A stretch of DNA of 64,000 nucleotides. Source: Promethearchaeia archaeon. Its GTDB lineage: Archaea; Asgardarchaeota; Lokiarchaeia; Sigyniarchaeales; SOKP01. The position numbers and the translations under genes are program-made. The notes beneath the pieces are model-generated. The model searched no databases, was not told the origin of the DNA, and worked only from the letters and a program-made list of their open reading frames with translations. The stretch spans positions 1 to 64,000 of the forward strand of contig JAWOCD010000028.1 of assembly GCA_046483985.1 (NCBI GenBank). The letters are read 5' to 3'. Shown piece after piece: positions 9,037 to 18,953 of the stretch. The first letter of the stretch is position 1; each line of letters opens with the position of its first letter.

Positions 9037-9966
9037 TTATAACGCTCGATAAAACTCGGGGCGGAGAGATTCTTTATGCTCAAGACCATGATTAATGGTA
9101 TTGAGTATTTTGTCCTTATCCTTTTCGAGTACTCCCTTAATCGGAAGATAGTTGGATGCATGGTTAGAGCGAAACACACAGTGAGCGTCCTTATTGGGGA
9201 ACTCAATATGTTCTATGAATATTTTCAGTTCTTTTAGAATCTGGGTAGAGTCCATTTCTTCAAACTCTCCTTTCGTCTTTTTTTTATATAGTTTCGTCCC
9301 TGGTGGGACCATCAATGCTAAGAACGCAATGTACCATGTTCGCTCATCATCTGGACAAATCTTGTTCACTAAATCCGCCGACTCAATTGCATGTTGCTTA
9401 GAAAGTTCGGGATCATTTGCTCCCCCTAATCCACTTATTAGAGTGGCAGAAAGTGTGATATCCGCCTCCATTAGTTTCTTGGTGGCTTTAATATGGTCCT
9501 CTTTAGTTGCATGCTTATTTACCATTTCGAGCAATTTAGTATATCCGGATTCGAACCCAACATAAGCCATTTTAAGCCCCGCCTCACTCAGTTGGTTCAA
9601 GTGCTCTTGTTTTTTCTTTATGATATCTTTTGAATGAGCATACACCGCACACCTCTCTAAATTCGGAAAAATTTGATTTGCATATTTTGTTACCTCCAGT
9701 AATTTTTTAAAAGGAGTCACCATTGCATTTCCATCTAAAAAGAATATGCGATTTACATTTACTCCGTATTGTCTTCTGGCAATATCTAAATCTTGCTTTA
9801 CCTCGTCTATTTCCCTAACCTTAAATTTTTTCCGTAAGTTAGACATACAAAAATCGCATTTAAAGGTACACCCCTCTGTTAATTGAATTAATAAAGATTG
9901 TGCTTCACTAGGGGGTCTAAAAACGGGTTTACAATAATAAATTGATTCTTGTTTATGACTACTCAT
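9037..9966 (-). CDS. Radical SAM protein
   Basis: RPPSEAQSLLIQLTEGCTFKCDFC (CxxxCxxC), FLDGN, GFESG and SNHASNYL. Confidence 0.9.
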   Translation of the reverse strand: MSSHKQESIYYCKPVFRPPSEAQSLLIQLTEGCTFKCDFCMSNLRKKFKVREIDEVKQDLDIARRQYGVNVNRIFFLDGNAMVTPFKKLLEVTKYANQIFPNLERCAVYAHSKDIIKKKQEHLNQLSEAGLKMAYVGFESGYTKLLEMVNKHATKEDHIKATKKLMEADITLSATLISGLGGANDPELSKQHAIESADLVNKICPDDERTWYIAFLALMVPPGTKLYKKKTKGEFEEMDSTQILKELKIFIEHIEFPNKDAHCVFRSNHASNYLPIKGVLEKDKDKILNTINHGLEHKESLRPEFYRAL

Positions 9967-10023
9967 ATCTTCTTCGAATTAATAAGAAATGCATTATAAA
10001 TTAATTAAGATAAGACCTTAAAA

Positions 10024-10677
10024 TTAATCTCCTTCATAATTTTTGCTTTCTGGGTTTTTTGGACAATAAGGCAAGTGGCGTGCCAACCTTATATATTCTT
10101 TGCCGCAATGCGGACATTTTTCTTTGTCTTTGTCCGAAGAACTTTTCTTTTTTTTCTTTTTTTGGGTAGCCTTTTTTCGAGTAGGAATATAATCTTCGGG
10201 GTCTACATCATCAGGAGCGAATTCACATGTTTGAATATGGTCAGCCAAGTTATCAAATAAATCACCACAGAAGGGGCATTCTAATTCACCTAAGACTTCT
10301 GACTCTAAATCCGTCTTAACTGTTTCTATTTTTTGGTATTTTTCCGGATAATCTTCGTTACTTTCGCTGAATTCGTCGGTTGATAAATCTATTTCCTCCT
10401 CCTCGATTTCGGTTATGGGCACCTCGAGCTTAGTGTCCTCCTCTTCCATTTTCCTCTCCGCTTTCGATTTGCTTTCATCATATACTTCTGATATCTTTTT
10501 ACTGGTTTGTTCGTAAAGCGAACACACTTGACAGACATATGCTTTTGTCCCTAAAACCAGCTCTCTTTCCGTACAATGGCATAAGGGCTGTGAACTTACT
10601 GAAACTTCTCCCATCGGTTCCAAGTGCTTACAAGCATTCTTACGTGTGTATTTTTTCTTTTTCTTCCTTCTAGGCAT
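10024..10677 (-). CDS. Multi-zinc-finger protein (two C2HC fingers, acidic linker)
   Basis: CPFC-x9-H-x3-C and CPHC-x9-H-x3-C plus an N-terminal Cys cluster. The ATG at 10677 is preferred to the track start at 10725. Confidence 0.75.
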   Translation of the reverse strand: MPRRKKKKKYTRKNACKHLEPMGEVSVSSQPLCHCTERELVLGTKAYVCQVCSLYEQTSKKISEVYDESKSKAERKMEEEDTKLEVPITEIEEEEIDLSTDEFSESNEDYPEKYQKIETVKTDLESEVLGELECPFCGDLFDNLADHIQTCEFAPDDVDPEDYIPTRKKATQKKKKKKSSSDKDKEKCPHCGKEYIRLARHLPYCPKNPESKNYEGD

Positions 10678-10810
10678 ATGGTTTTTGTAGTTTTTCCTAA
10701 AATTTATTTTTTTTGCTTTTTTCAAAAACTATTTGAGTTATTTTCCAAAAATCCTCTTGACTCAACCAAGATTTAGAGAATGTTATTATAAAATATTAAG
10801 AAGCAAGAAT

Positions 10811-12424
10811 TTAGAAATTATATCGGATAGAAGTTAGTCCCTCTTTAACCTTTTTGAGCACATTCGACTCGGAAATTGACGGTAATAAGTCTTCTACAAT
10901 ATCTTTAATTTCGGTAATCGTTTGAATTAATGCCTCCGAAGTGTTCCAAAAGGATTTCCGTAAAGGATGATTACGCGTAATTCCTTCATTATAATATCTT
11001 ATTGCCTCAGTATAAAACAAACATGCGTTATCGATTAAATTAAGATTAAGGTGACATACTCGACCCATTTTATGAAAACAGCGCCCAGCTCCGGCATAGT
11101 CATTAACTTTGAGATAGTTTACAGCCCCTTTTTGAAAATCTTCTAAGACCTTTTTTTTTTCCTCTTTTGTTTCTGATTGTTTTAATTTGAGATAACCCTG
11201 TAAGTAATGCGCGTCCCCTCGATAAAAAAAGTTTTCTTGGTCGCTTGAGATAGTGTGCAATTTCTCTATAAATTCATTTGCTAATACAAAATGGTTTGTA
11301 GAAATTAGTTGTTCGGCTATACTACTCAAAGATTCAAGCATTCTGTTATAATCTCCGAGATTCTGCAAAATTTTAAGTGCCCTCCGATATTTTGTAACTC
11401 CAGACACTGTATCTTTTTCCTTGAATGCTTGATTTCCTTGATAAATTAATTGTTCGGCTTCTTCTCTTGATTTTTTCTCTTTACTGCTACTAGTTTCTTT
11501 ATCGGCAGTCATAAGGGTATTGCTCATATTAAAAGAAACCTCCTCCTCAGTAGGTATGTCCACAAGGTTCTCTTCGGTGGCGGGTTGTTCCTTTTGGTAT
11601 CCTTGCGGGGGTGGGGAGTGAGGGGTATTCTGCACATTATTTTTTACCTCTTGGTCTTCTTCTGTTTCTTCCCCATATGCGGATTGTAGAGGCTTCTGTG
11701 CAGTTGCTAAAGCCGATAATTCATTCAAGACATTAGCAAAAAAGAACTTATTAAGACCGTCAATGATATAGTCAATTTTGTGATAATTATTTTCAAAATC
11801 AGGATTATCTGGGTCCATTTCTGTATCATTCAACCTATAGATTTCGAATCCCGTGTCGTACTTCGTAAGGACATTTCCTCCAATCTCCTCTTTTTTCTTT
11901 TTCCCAAGCAGTGTGTGATCATACACTAACCCGCAGAAATCTTTATTCCGTGATTGGAATCCTAATTGATTAATAATGTCAATATATGAAAAGAACAGAC
12001 CCAGTCCAGGATGAGAATGAAACCATCCAACTATATAATTATTGGTATCCTCTTGGTCAAGTTTTCTTTGAATTTCGTCAATAAATACGTAGTGTCGTTG
12101 ATCTAATTGGACATCCGTGGCGTGACCGAAGGTTAGCGCCTCCGCCCGGTTAACATAGACCGCATCATCATCAGCGTTTCCGATTAAAAGTCCATAGACT
12201 TCCTTCCACTCTTCTTGTGGTATTGATTTATTTGCATATCTACTGACATAAAGGATTATGGTCTTATAGGCTTCAGCTTTGAGGAGTACGGGTTTCATGT
12301 TAAGTTTACTTTCTACCGTCTCTTCTTTATTTTCTGATTTGATAGGTTTCTCTTGCCTTTGCTTTTGAATCGATTCCTTGCTTTTCTTGGGATCTTTATT
12401 GTTTTCCTTGTTCTTCTCGGTCAT
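10811..12424 (-). CDS. MPN+/JAMM metalloprotease (Rpn11/CSN5-like) with C-terminal TPR/SNAP-like repeats
   Basis: EVYGLLIG and VGWFHSHPGLGLFFSYID form an intact JAMM motif; helical repeats follow from about aa 320. Confidence 0.88.
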   Translation of the reverse strand: MTEKNKENNKDPKKSKESIQKQRQEKPIKSENKEETVESKLNMKPVLLKAEAYKTIILYVSRYANKSIPQEEWKEVYGLLIGNADDDAVYVNRAEALTFGHATDVQLDQRHYVFIDEIQRKLDQEDTNNYIVGWFHSHPGLGLFFSYIDIINQLGFQSRNKDFCGLVYDHTLLGKKKKEEIGGNVLTKYDTGFEIYRLNDTEMDPDNPDFENNYHKIDYIIDGLNKFFFANVLNELSALATAQKPLQSAYGEETEEDQEVKNNVQNTPHSPPPQGYQKEQPATEENLVDIPTEEEVSFNMSNTLMTADKETSSSKEKKSREEAEQLIYQGNQAFKEKDTVSGVTKYRRALKILQNLGDYNRMLESLSSIAEQLISTNHFVLANEFIEKLHTISSDQENFFYRGDAHYLQGYLKLKQSETKEEKKKVLEDFQKGAVNYLKVNDYAGAGRCFHKMGRVCHLNLNLIDNACLFYTEAIRYYNEGITRNHPLRKSFWNTSEALIQTITEIKDIVEDLLPSISESNVLKKVKEGLTSIRYNF

Positions 12425-12558
12425 GGTATTCTAATAACTCCTTATATTTAGCACGAGTGAATTATTACAATTCTCTAAATTACTAGTAAATTATTAATTT
12501 AATAACTTTTATTAAAAATTTAACAAGGATTAGTAAAAAACGGTTTCAGAAAATTATT

Positions 12559-14607
12559 ATGTCCTCTTTGGATTTAAGTCAAGGCATTTATCCTATTATC
12601 GTAAAACCCAATTTAGGATATCCGGAGATAATAAATCTAAAGGACTATGTCGACCAGAATGACAATCTCCAAGAGGAGGTTCGCTTCACTGCGTATATAA
12701 TTACAATCCCAAAGCAATCTGTTCAAGAGATCTTGGAATATTTCTATTCAAATATATACTATCAACCGATATTGAGCGAGACCGGGCCTTTTGCTGAAAG
12801 GAGAGGGGAGCGTTATCCGTTACACGTCAAAAAAATTAGTAAAATCAAAAAGCTTGATTTTCGCGACCAACCGGTTTTATCGAAAGAGAATTGTATCATT
12901 TGGGATATGTATAATAAAATGCTCCAAATTGACGATGTTTTTGGAGACCGGACAAAATTATACAAAGTATCTATTAAAGTTAAGAAAATTAAACATATCC
13001 AGCAATTATTTAAACAAACGAATCAAGACCTTCTATTATGTGATATTATTCATGATATTCCGAACCGGATTGACGCTAAGATCAATTTTCATAGTTTGGC
13101 CATTTTTAATAAAGATATGAAGGATTTCCATTTCATTCACGCCTCTGACTTTCACGTCGCACGCAGGAATGATTTTATAGGTCAGTTCCTCAAGGAAAAA
13201 GTGCGGCATAAACTTCAAAGGTATAAACATGATAAAAAAAAACTTGCGAAGATAGATAAGACCATTCTAAATAGAGATTTTGAGTACAAGGAAGGGATTC
13301 AGAAAGAGCGATTTGAGGAATTACGGTTTGCAAAGTATAATTTCAATTATAATTTAAGAAAGTTAATCGCCTTCATAAACGATCGAGTAAAACAAAATAA
13401 GTTAGATTTTGTCCTCTGTGGCGGAGATTTAATTGATTATCTCGATATTGCCCGCGGAAACTATCAATATGAGAACAATGTTCACGTCCTTCTCGATATT
13501 ATATTGGGCAGAAATCGGGGGTTAGACAAGTATCCTTACTTTCAAGATAAAGAATTTATAAATAGAAAAGAACTCCTTGCTCCGATTTTTACAATGGTGG
13601 GCAATCACGATTACAGAAAGGGGCATTACAGCATTACATTAGGGCATGCCCGCAAGATTTATGGATTTACAAAAAATGACATTAAAGGATACCATGATTT
13701 TAAATTTTTTAATTATTTCACCGCTCTAAGATCCCGAGATAAAAATTTACGAGATTATTTTCGGTATTTTAATCCTAATCTGAACTATAAAATTCAGATA
13801 GGAGAATCTTATCATTTCATATTCATTGATACGGGCGAAGACTCCGTGGCTGATCTGCATGATTTCTTAAAAGCCTCACCAAGCACCAAGGGGTTAAAAG
13901 ATTATCAAATAGACCTGCTCAGATCCTTTGTAAAACTCTCAAAGGACGGAAAAGTTGTGGTGGTCACTCATACGCCACCCGTTTCTCCCAGTTTGGGCAG
14001 GATTAAACGGTGGAGATTTAAAAGAAAATTCAATTTAAAACGAAAACTGAAATGGGCAGATTTTTATGAACGTAATCTTGAGAAATATGTGGGAGATCCA
14101 AGTTTAGAGAAGCTTCTTAATTTAAAATATCAGACCGTTATGTATAATTGGGAGGATCTATTAAAAATCTTTATAGGGGCTGACAAAGAAATCCGTAGGA
14201 AAGTTGATTTGATTTTCTGCGGACATACTCACACCTTAAAAGAATTCAGATTAAAAGAGACCCAAGAAACAGAACGTATTAATATGGGATTTTATATTGC
14301 ACCCATTTATCTTGAAATTCCTTGCCATATCTATACAAGCAAATATCGCAAAAAGTTTGAACAGTTCGAAGATAAAGAGAAATTAGATATCTGGTTTGAT
14401 GTTAATAAGCCCTTCATCTTTCAAACCCAAGCCGTCGGACCAATCTCTTTAAATTATAAATTTAAACCTCCCGGATTCCGTTTATTAAAGGTAGAAGATT
14501 ATCACCTTACTGAAAATCGGGTTTTTTCGCTTCATTTAAAAGATTCGCTTTCAGAGACGGACAAAAAAGCATTGCAAGAGTTCGGATTAAACATTAAAAA
14601 CCTCTGA
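12559..14607 (+). CDS. Calcineurin-like metallophosphoesterase with large insertions
   Basis: SDFH, GGDLID, GNHD, HTP and GHTH motifs. Confidence 0.85.
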   Translation: MSSLDLSQGIYPIIVKPNLGYPEIINLKDYVDQNDNLQEEVRFTAYIITIPKQSVQEILEYFYSNIYYQPILSETGPFAERRGERYPLHVKKISKIKKLDFRDQPVLSKENCIIWDMYNKMLQIDDVFGDRTKLYKVSIKVKKIKHIQQLFKQTNQDLLLCDIIHDIPNRIDAKINFHSLAIFNKDMKDFHFIHASDFHVARRNDFIGQFLKEKVRHKLQRYKHDKKKLAKIDKTILNRDFEYKEGIQKERFEELRFAKYNFNYNLRKLIAFINDRVKQNKLDFVLCGGDLIDYLDIARGNYQYENNVHVLLDIILGRNRGLDKYPYFQDKEFINRKELLAPIFTMVGNHDYRKGHYSITLGHARKIYGFTKNDIKGYHDFKFFNYFTALRSRDKNLRDYFRYFNPNLNYKIQIGESYHFIFIDTGEDSVADLHDFLKASPSTKGLKDYQIDLLRSFVKLSKDGKVVVVTHTPPVSPSLGRIKRWRFKRKFNLKRKLKWADFYERNLEKYVGDPSLEKLLNLKYQTVMYNWEDLLKIFIGADKEIRRKVDLIFCGHTHTLKEFRLKETQETERINMGFYIAPIYLEIPCHIYTSKYRKKFEQFEDKEKLDIWFDVNKPFIFQTQAVGPISLNYKFKPPGFRLLKVEDYHLTENRVFSLHLKDSLSETDKKALQEFGLNIKNL

Positions 14608-14622
14608 CCATGTTCAAAACGT

Positions 14623-15582
14623 TCAATTTTCATTCATGAGAGCAATAACTGCTTGGTATTCCGTATTGGGCATGGGGCCAAAGACTTGAACTTTTAATGC
14701 GCCAACCGCATTGGCAAACCTTGCAATTTTCTCTATTTTCCAATCTAAAAGGTAACCCACCATAAAAGCTCCGCCAAATGAATCGCCAGCACCAGTAGGA
14801 TCTATTTCCTCTACCTTATACCCCGGAATATGAATTCCATCAGCTTTATCATCAGAAAATACCGTGCATCCCCGTTCCCCTTGTTTTAAAACAACCAATT
14901 TTGGATGCATTTTTAATAATTCTTGGCAAGCTTTTACCTCCCCTGTATTCCCTGCCAGCATCTCAGCCTCTTCTCCGCTCGGCAGTAATATATCCGCCAC
15001 CTCAAGGACGGGCTTACAAATTTTCAAAATTGTCTCTAAATCAAGCATTCCCGGTCTAAGATTAGGATCAAATGAGATCACGACTTCGGGATTTTGTTCT
15101 CGTGCAATCTTTATTGCGTTATAACATGCTTCCTTGGATGAATCACTGATGGAAAGAGCGCTCCCCATGATATGGAGATTTTTAACATCCTTAAAATATG
15201 AGGGATTAATATCATCTTGAGAAGTTTCTCCAGCAGCGCCCGCCGCAAAAATAAATTTTCTGCTTCCATCTGAATTGTATTGATTAAAAGCAATTCCTGT
15301 ATGTAAATCTTCCTCCCTTCGTATTTGTGATGTATCGACTCCGTCTTTTTCCAATTTGTGAATGATGGTCTCCCCGAATTCGTCATTTCCAATAACTCCA
15401 ATATAGCCAGTAGAGATATCAAATTGTCTTCCCATTCGAGCAGCAGAATCAATGAAAATTGCTGGAGCTCCGCTGGGGTATGGGCCTCTATAGACTTCAC
15501 CAATCCGATTGTGAGGGGTATCAACCTCAGGACGCATTATCTCAACTAAAAGTTCGCCTAAACAGATCATTTCTGGCGGCAT
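14623..15582 (-). CDS. PfkB-family sugar kinase
   Basis: CLGELLVE, SGAPA, FDPNLR and DPTGAGDSFGG motifs. Start placed at ATG 15582. Confidence 0.92.
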   Translation of the reverse strand: MPPEMICLGELLVEIMRPEVDTPHNRIGEVYRGPYPSGAPAIFIDSAARMGRQFDISTGYIGVIGNDEFGETIIHKLEKDGVDTSQIRREEDLHTGIAFNQYNSDGSRKFIFAAGAAGETSQDDINPSYFKDVKNLHIMGSALSISDSSKEACYNAIKIAREQNPEVVISFDPNLRPGMLDLETILKICKPVLEVADILLPSGEEAEMLAGNTGEVKACQELLKMHPKLVVLKQGERGCTVFSDDKADGIHIPGYKVEEIDPTGAGDSFGGAFMVGYLLDWKIEKIARFANAVGALKVQVFGPMPNTEYQAVIALMNEN

Positions 15583-15619
15583 AATTTTTTTATATCTTTT
15601 TTGAATTAAAATTTTTCCG

Positions 15620-15946
15620 TTAGTCACTTTCATCTTTTAAGAGCGCTTCGACCATATTATGAGTCTCCAAGCTATCTTTCTTAAAACAAATTTCCTCGAT
15701 GGGTTGATAAGTATCTATATGAGATTCCATTGTAATTGTATTGTTGGAGTAATTTTCAAAACTTTGCCCGTCATTAATTGCTCCTGCCATAGGTCGAAGG
15801 TTGATCTTAATCTTTTTAGCAATCCTAAATATCTTAGCTAAGAAGGAGTCGCTTGGATGTATTTTGGAGAAACTCCAGTAAAGAATTGACTCGTTTAACG
15901 CAGCCTTAAAAGGTGACGTATTATGGGGTTGGCGGAAAATGAAAAT
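15620..15946 (-). pseudogene. Possible gene remnant resembling an M20/M28/M42 peptidase C-terminus
   Basis: 109 open codons with no start at the 5' end (...IFRIAKKIKINLRPMAGAINDGQSF...HIDTYQPIEEI...). The resemblance is weak and judged by eye. Confidence 0.3.
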
Positions 15947-15992
15947 CTATTATAAAAATAAAACATTTAAATAAATAATTATATATGAGCAT

Positions 15993-16484
15993 TTGGTGAT
16001 TTTCAAGATGAGAAATAAAAGAAAGCAAATTTCTGAGTATGAATATATAGACTCCTTTTTTCAGAAGGATGCGCTATTGGTTTCAATGGACAAGGAGCAA
16101 AACCCGAATGTGATGACCTTAGCATGGAAAACAATTGGAGAATTATGGCATCAACCCATTATTTCCATAGCCGTTGCCCCCAGCCGATATACATTTGAAT
16201 TATTAACGGAAGGGATACGGGAATTTACTCTCAATATTCCCTCTGAGAAGATTTCTCATGCAATAAGCATTGCTGGTACGTCATCAGGAAGAAATACAGA
16301 TAAGTTCAAAGAAGCAAATCTAAAGACAATCCCTGGAAAAAATACAACAGTGCCGACTATTGAAGAGAGTTTATTAAGTTATGAATGTAAAATAGTTCAT
16401 TCGTGCGAGTCGGGTAACATGGCAAGTCATCATGTATTTTATGGGCAGATCCTTACCGTATTCGCCTCAGAGGATCTTAACTAA
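15993..16484 (+). CDS. Flavin reductase-like protein
   Basis: PNVMTLAW, RYTFELL, EFTLNIP, GTSSGRNTDKF, YECK and HHVFYGQI motifs. Confidence 0.9.
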   Translation: MVIFKMRNKRKQISEYEYIDSFFQKDALLVSMDKEQNPNVMTLAWKTIGELWHQPIISIAVAPSRYTFELLTEGIREFTLNIPSEKISHAISIAGTSSGRNTDKFKEANLKTIPGKNTTVPTIEESLLSYECKIVHSCESGNMASHHVFYGQILTVFASEDLN

Positions 16485-16513
16485 TTACCACTCAATATTT
16501 ATTTTGGCTTTTT

Positions 16514-16951
16514 TTAGACCTTTTTATTTTTGATGTTTTGACAATGACACGTAGATGAATTTAAAACCCTTTTTCCGCAAGGACATGCTGTGGGATGGTT
16601 ATATTTCTCGCAGATCTTATTAATTAAATTACATGAAAAGAGCAAGTTTAGCTTTTCGCTTTCTCGGTGTGCTTCCTCCGCATTTAATTCCAATTCATTA
16701 TAAAGAAGAATTTCAATCAATTGTCGGTGTCTGATTAATTCCTTGGCAAATTCCTCCCCTTTCTTGGTAAGTTCTACATTGTGATATGCTTCATAATTAA
16801 CATAATTTTTCTTCTCTAACCGCTTAATGCAACTTCCGACGGTAGAATGGACTAAATTTAAATCTCTAGCTAAGTCACCCACTTTTAAAGGGGATTTTCG
16901 CTCATGAAGGGTGGATAATACCTTATAATCCAAATTTACTGATATATTCAT
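16514..16951 (-). CDS. mntR: DtxR/MntR-family metal-dependent transcriptional regulator
   Basis: HTH DLARDLNLVHSTV, LTKKG, RHRQLIE and HPTACPCG; co-oriented with the metal ABC genes. Confidence 0.88.
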   Translation of the reverse strand: MNISVNLDYKVLSTLHERKSPLKVGDLARDLNLVHSTVGSCIKRLEKKNYVNYEAYHNVELTKKGEEFAKELIRHRQLIEILLYNELELNAEEAHRESEKLNLLFSCNLINKICEKYNHPTACPCGKRVLNSSTCHCQNIKNKKV

Positions 16952-16973
16952 ATTTTTAATTGAAATTTTCTAA

Positions 16974-17705
16974 TTAAACTTCAATTTCTTCGGGTAAATT
17001 AAATATTTCCCTTATTTTCTCATGAACCTCTTCACTTTCTGGTTTTCCGTCATAGATAATTGATCTATTGAGTAATAAAAGCCTCGAACAGTAGGGCAAT
17101 AAAAGATCTATATGATGGTGGATGACCAGTAGGGTAATATTATATTTTTGATTGAGTTCTTCCATTAATTCCATCAAATTCCGGGTCATCATGAAATCCA
17201 AGGAACTTGTGGGCTCATCTAAAAGGATAACTTTCGGATCTGAGACTAATGCACGAGCAACCATGACTTTTTGTAATTCCCCTCCGGATAGATGGCCGAT
17301 AGGTCTATTTTTATAATCACCCATGTGCACCTTGTGAAGAGCTTTTTCTGCTTTCCGATGATCTTTTTCTTTTAAAGGTTTTAAAAAACCAATCTTCCCA
17401 TAAAGTCCCATTTCCACCACTTTCTGCACAGAAGCAGGGAAATGTCTTTCGACAATGGGATTTTGAGGCACATATCCAATATTTTTCCTGCTATTTTTAA
17501 TGTCCTTTGACCCAAATAACTCGATATTTCCTTCGTCCGGCTCAATTAATCCCAATATTGTCTTTAATAATGTAGTCTTGCCAGATCCATTCGGTCCAAA
17601 TATTCCGATATATTCTCCTTGATACACTTCCAGATTTACATCCATTAAGGCAAAAATATCTTGATAGCTTACTGAAACATTCTCTAGTTTAATAATTGGC
17701 TCCAT
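16974..17705 (-). CDS. znuC: Zn/Mn ABC transporter ATP-binding subunit
   Basis: GPNGSGKTT, IGYVPQ, LSGGE and LLDEP motifs. Confidence 0.92.
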   Translation of the reverse strand: MEPIIKLENVSVSYQDIFALMDVNLEVYQGEYIGIFGPNGSGKTTLLKTILGLIEPDEGNIELFGSKDIKNSRKNIGYVPQNPIVERHFPASVQKVVEMGLYGKIGFLKPLKEKDHRKAEKALHKVHMGDYKNRPIGHLSGGELQKVMVARALVSDPKVILLDEPTSSLDFMMTRNLMELMEELNQKYNITLLVIHHHIDLLLPYCSRLLLLNRSIIYDGKPESEEVHEKIREIFNLPEEIEV

Positions 17706-17775
17706 ATGTCATCTTTGTTTTATTCTTATTAGTTTATATAAGTTTTTATTGAAAGATAAGAATTTGAAATTGGTT

Positions 17776-18816
17776 TTATCTTCTTCGCAAATAAAGGAAT
17801 ACTCCAATAATTCCCGCAACCACCAATCCGAGAACTATATATATTGGCCAAAGCAAGTCGGGGGGGTTGGAGGGATTTTGAAACGCCCATAAATCATAGT
17901 CGATCATTTTTTGATAAGTATCAATTATTTTAGTCTCTCCATCCCATTCCACTTCCACGTTTAAGAGAGGGGTCAATAAGGCAATCTTAAGATCACTTTC
18001 CCGCGCGACTTCATACACATTTTCTGATTGATGCTGTGGATTTGCGACCACAAGATCTGCATTTTTTTCCTTTGCTTGCTTCATAATTTCTGTAATATCC
18101 TCCGCTGAGGGCTCTTTTCCTTCCCCCTTTTCTATTGCTGCAATTCGATCAATCTCTAGCAACTCGAAGAGATAAAAAAATGCGGGATGGTTAACAATGA
18201 CTTTAGTTCCTTTTATTTTATTCCTCGCCTCATTAATATCGGATATTAAGTCATTTAAATTACTAATATAATTATCCGCATTTGATCTAAACGTATTCGT
18301 GTTTTCTGGATCCTCGCTCTCCATTGTACTATTAATTTGTCTCGTGAAATTTATAAGATTGTGAGGATCCATCCAGACATGAGGATTTTCCACGTCCAGC
18401 AGAGGATCTACTTTTAGCATATCGGCATCTACTAATTCTATGACGGTGGCACCAGATTCCCATTCGGTTTCCCACCATGGCTCAATCTTTTCAAGGCCTA
18501 GTCTGAAGATCACGTCTGCCTCTTCTAACGCCTCCACTTCACTTGAGCTTGGTTCGTATGAATGAGGATCCTCAGCCCCGCTCACAACCACGTCAACTTC
18601 TTCTCCAACTACATTCTCTGCGATATCTTGAAGAATGGTATTTGCGGTAACAACCTTTTTAGATGTATCGGACGCAAAAATGTTATTGTCCTCTTTATGT
18701 AGTATTCCAGCGGGAGTAGTATTCCCGTTATTCAAGAGGATTGGGTTAAGTAGCAACACACCGATTAAAACCCCAAAAATTGTTAATTTTTCTCTACTTT
18801 TTATAATAATCACCAT
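17776..18816 (-). CDS. znuA: Zn/Mn ABC transporter substrate-binding protein with C-terminal TM anchor
   Basis: DPHSYEP, NPHVWMDP, HPAFFY and EPSA motifs. Start placed at ATG 18816. Confidence 0.9.
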   Translation of the reverse strand: MVIIIKSREKLTIFGVLIGVLLLNPILLNNGNTTPAGILHKEDNNIFASDTSKKVVTANTILQDIAENVVGEEVDVVVSGAEDPHSYEPSSSEVEALEEADVIFRLGLEKIEPWWETEWESGATVIELVDADMLKVDPLLDVENPHVWMDPHNLINFTRQINSTMESEDPENTNTFRSNADNYISNLNDLISDINEARNKIKGTKVIVNHPAFFYLFELLEIDRIAAIEKGEGKEPSAEDITEIMKQAKEKNADLVVANPQHQSENVYEVARESDLKIALLTPLLNVEVEWDGETKIIDTYQKMIDYDLWAFQNPSNPPDLLWPIYIVLGLVVAGIIGVFLYLRRR

Positions 18817-18839
18817 CTTGCGTTGATATGATTCGCAAT

Positions 18840-18859
18840 ATTTACGATATATCGTAAAT
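18840..18859. promoter_or_regulatory. Perfect 20-bp palindrome, probable metal-regulator operator
   Basis: ATTTACGATATATCGTAAAT is its own reverse complement and lies between the divergent znuA and znuB. Confidence 0.65.
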
Positions 18860-18953
18860 TTCATAATATTTAAATATTTTTAGTTATACTTTAGAAAATA
18901 GTTTAAGAAGAATAAACTAAAAATTAAAAATTATAGAAATTATCTCCCTTATT

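Noticed and set aside
18817-18864. Track start of znuA at 18864
   Set aside because: It would place the palindromic operator inside the CDS; the signal-peptide-like sequence starts at 18816.
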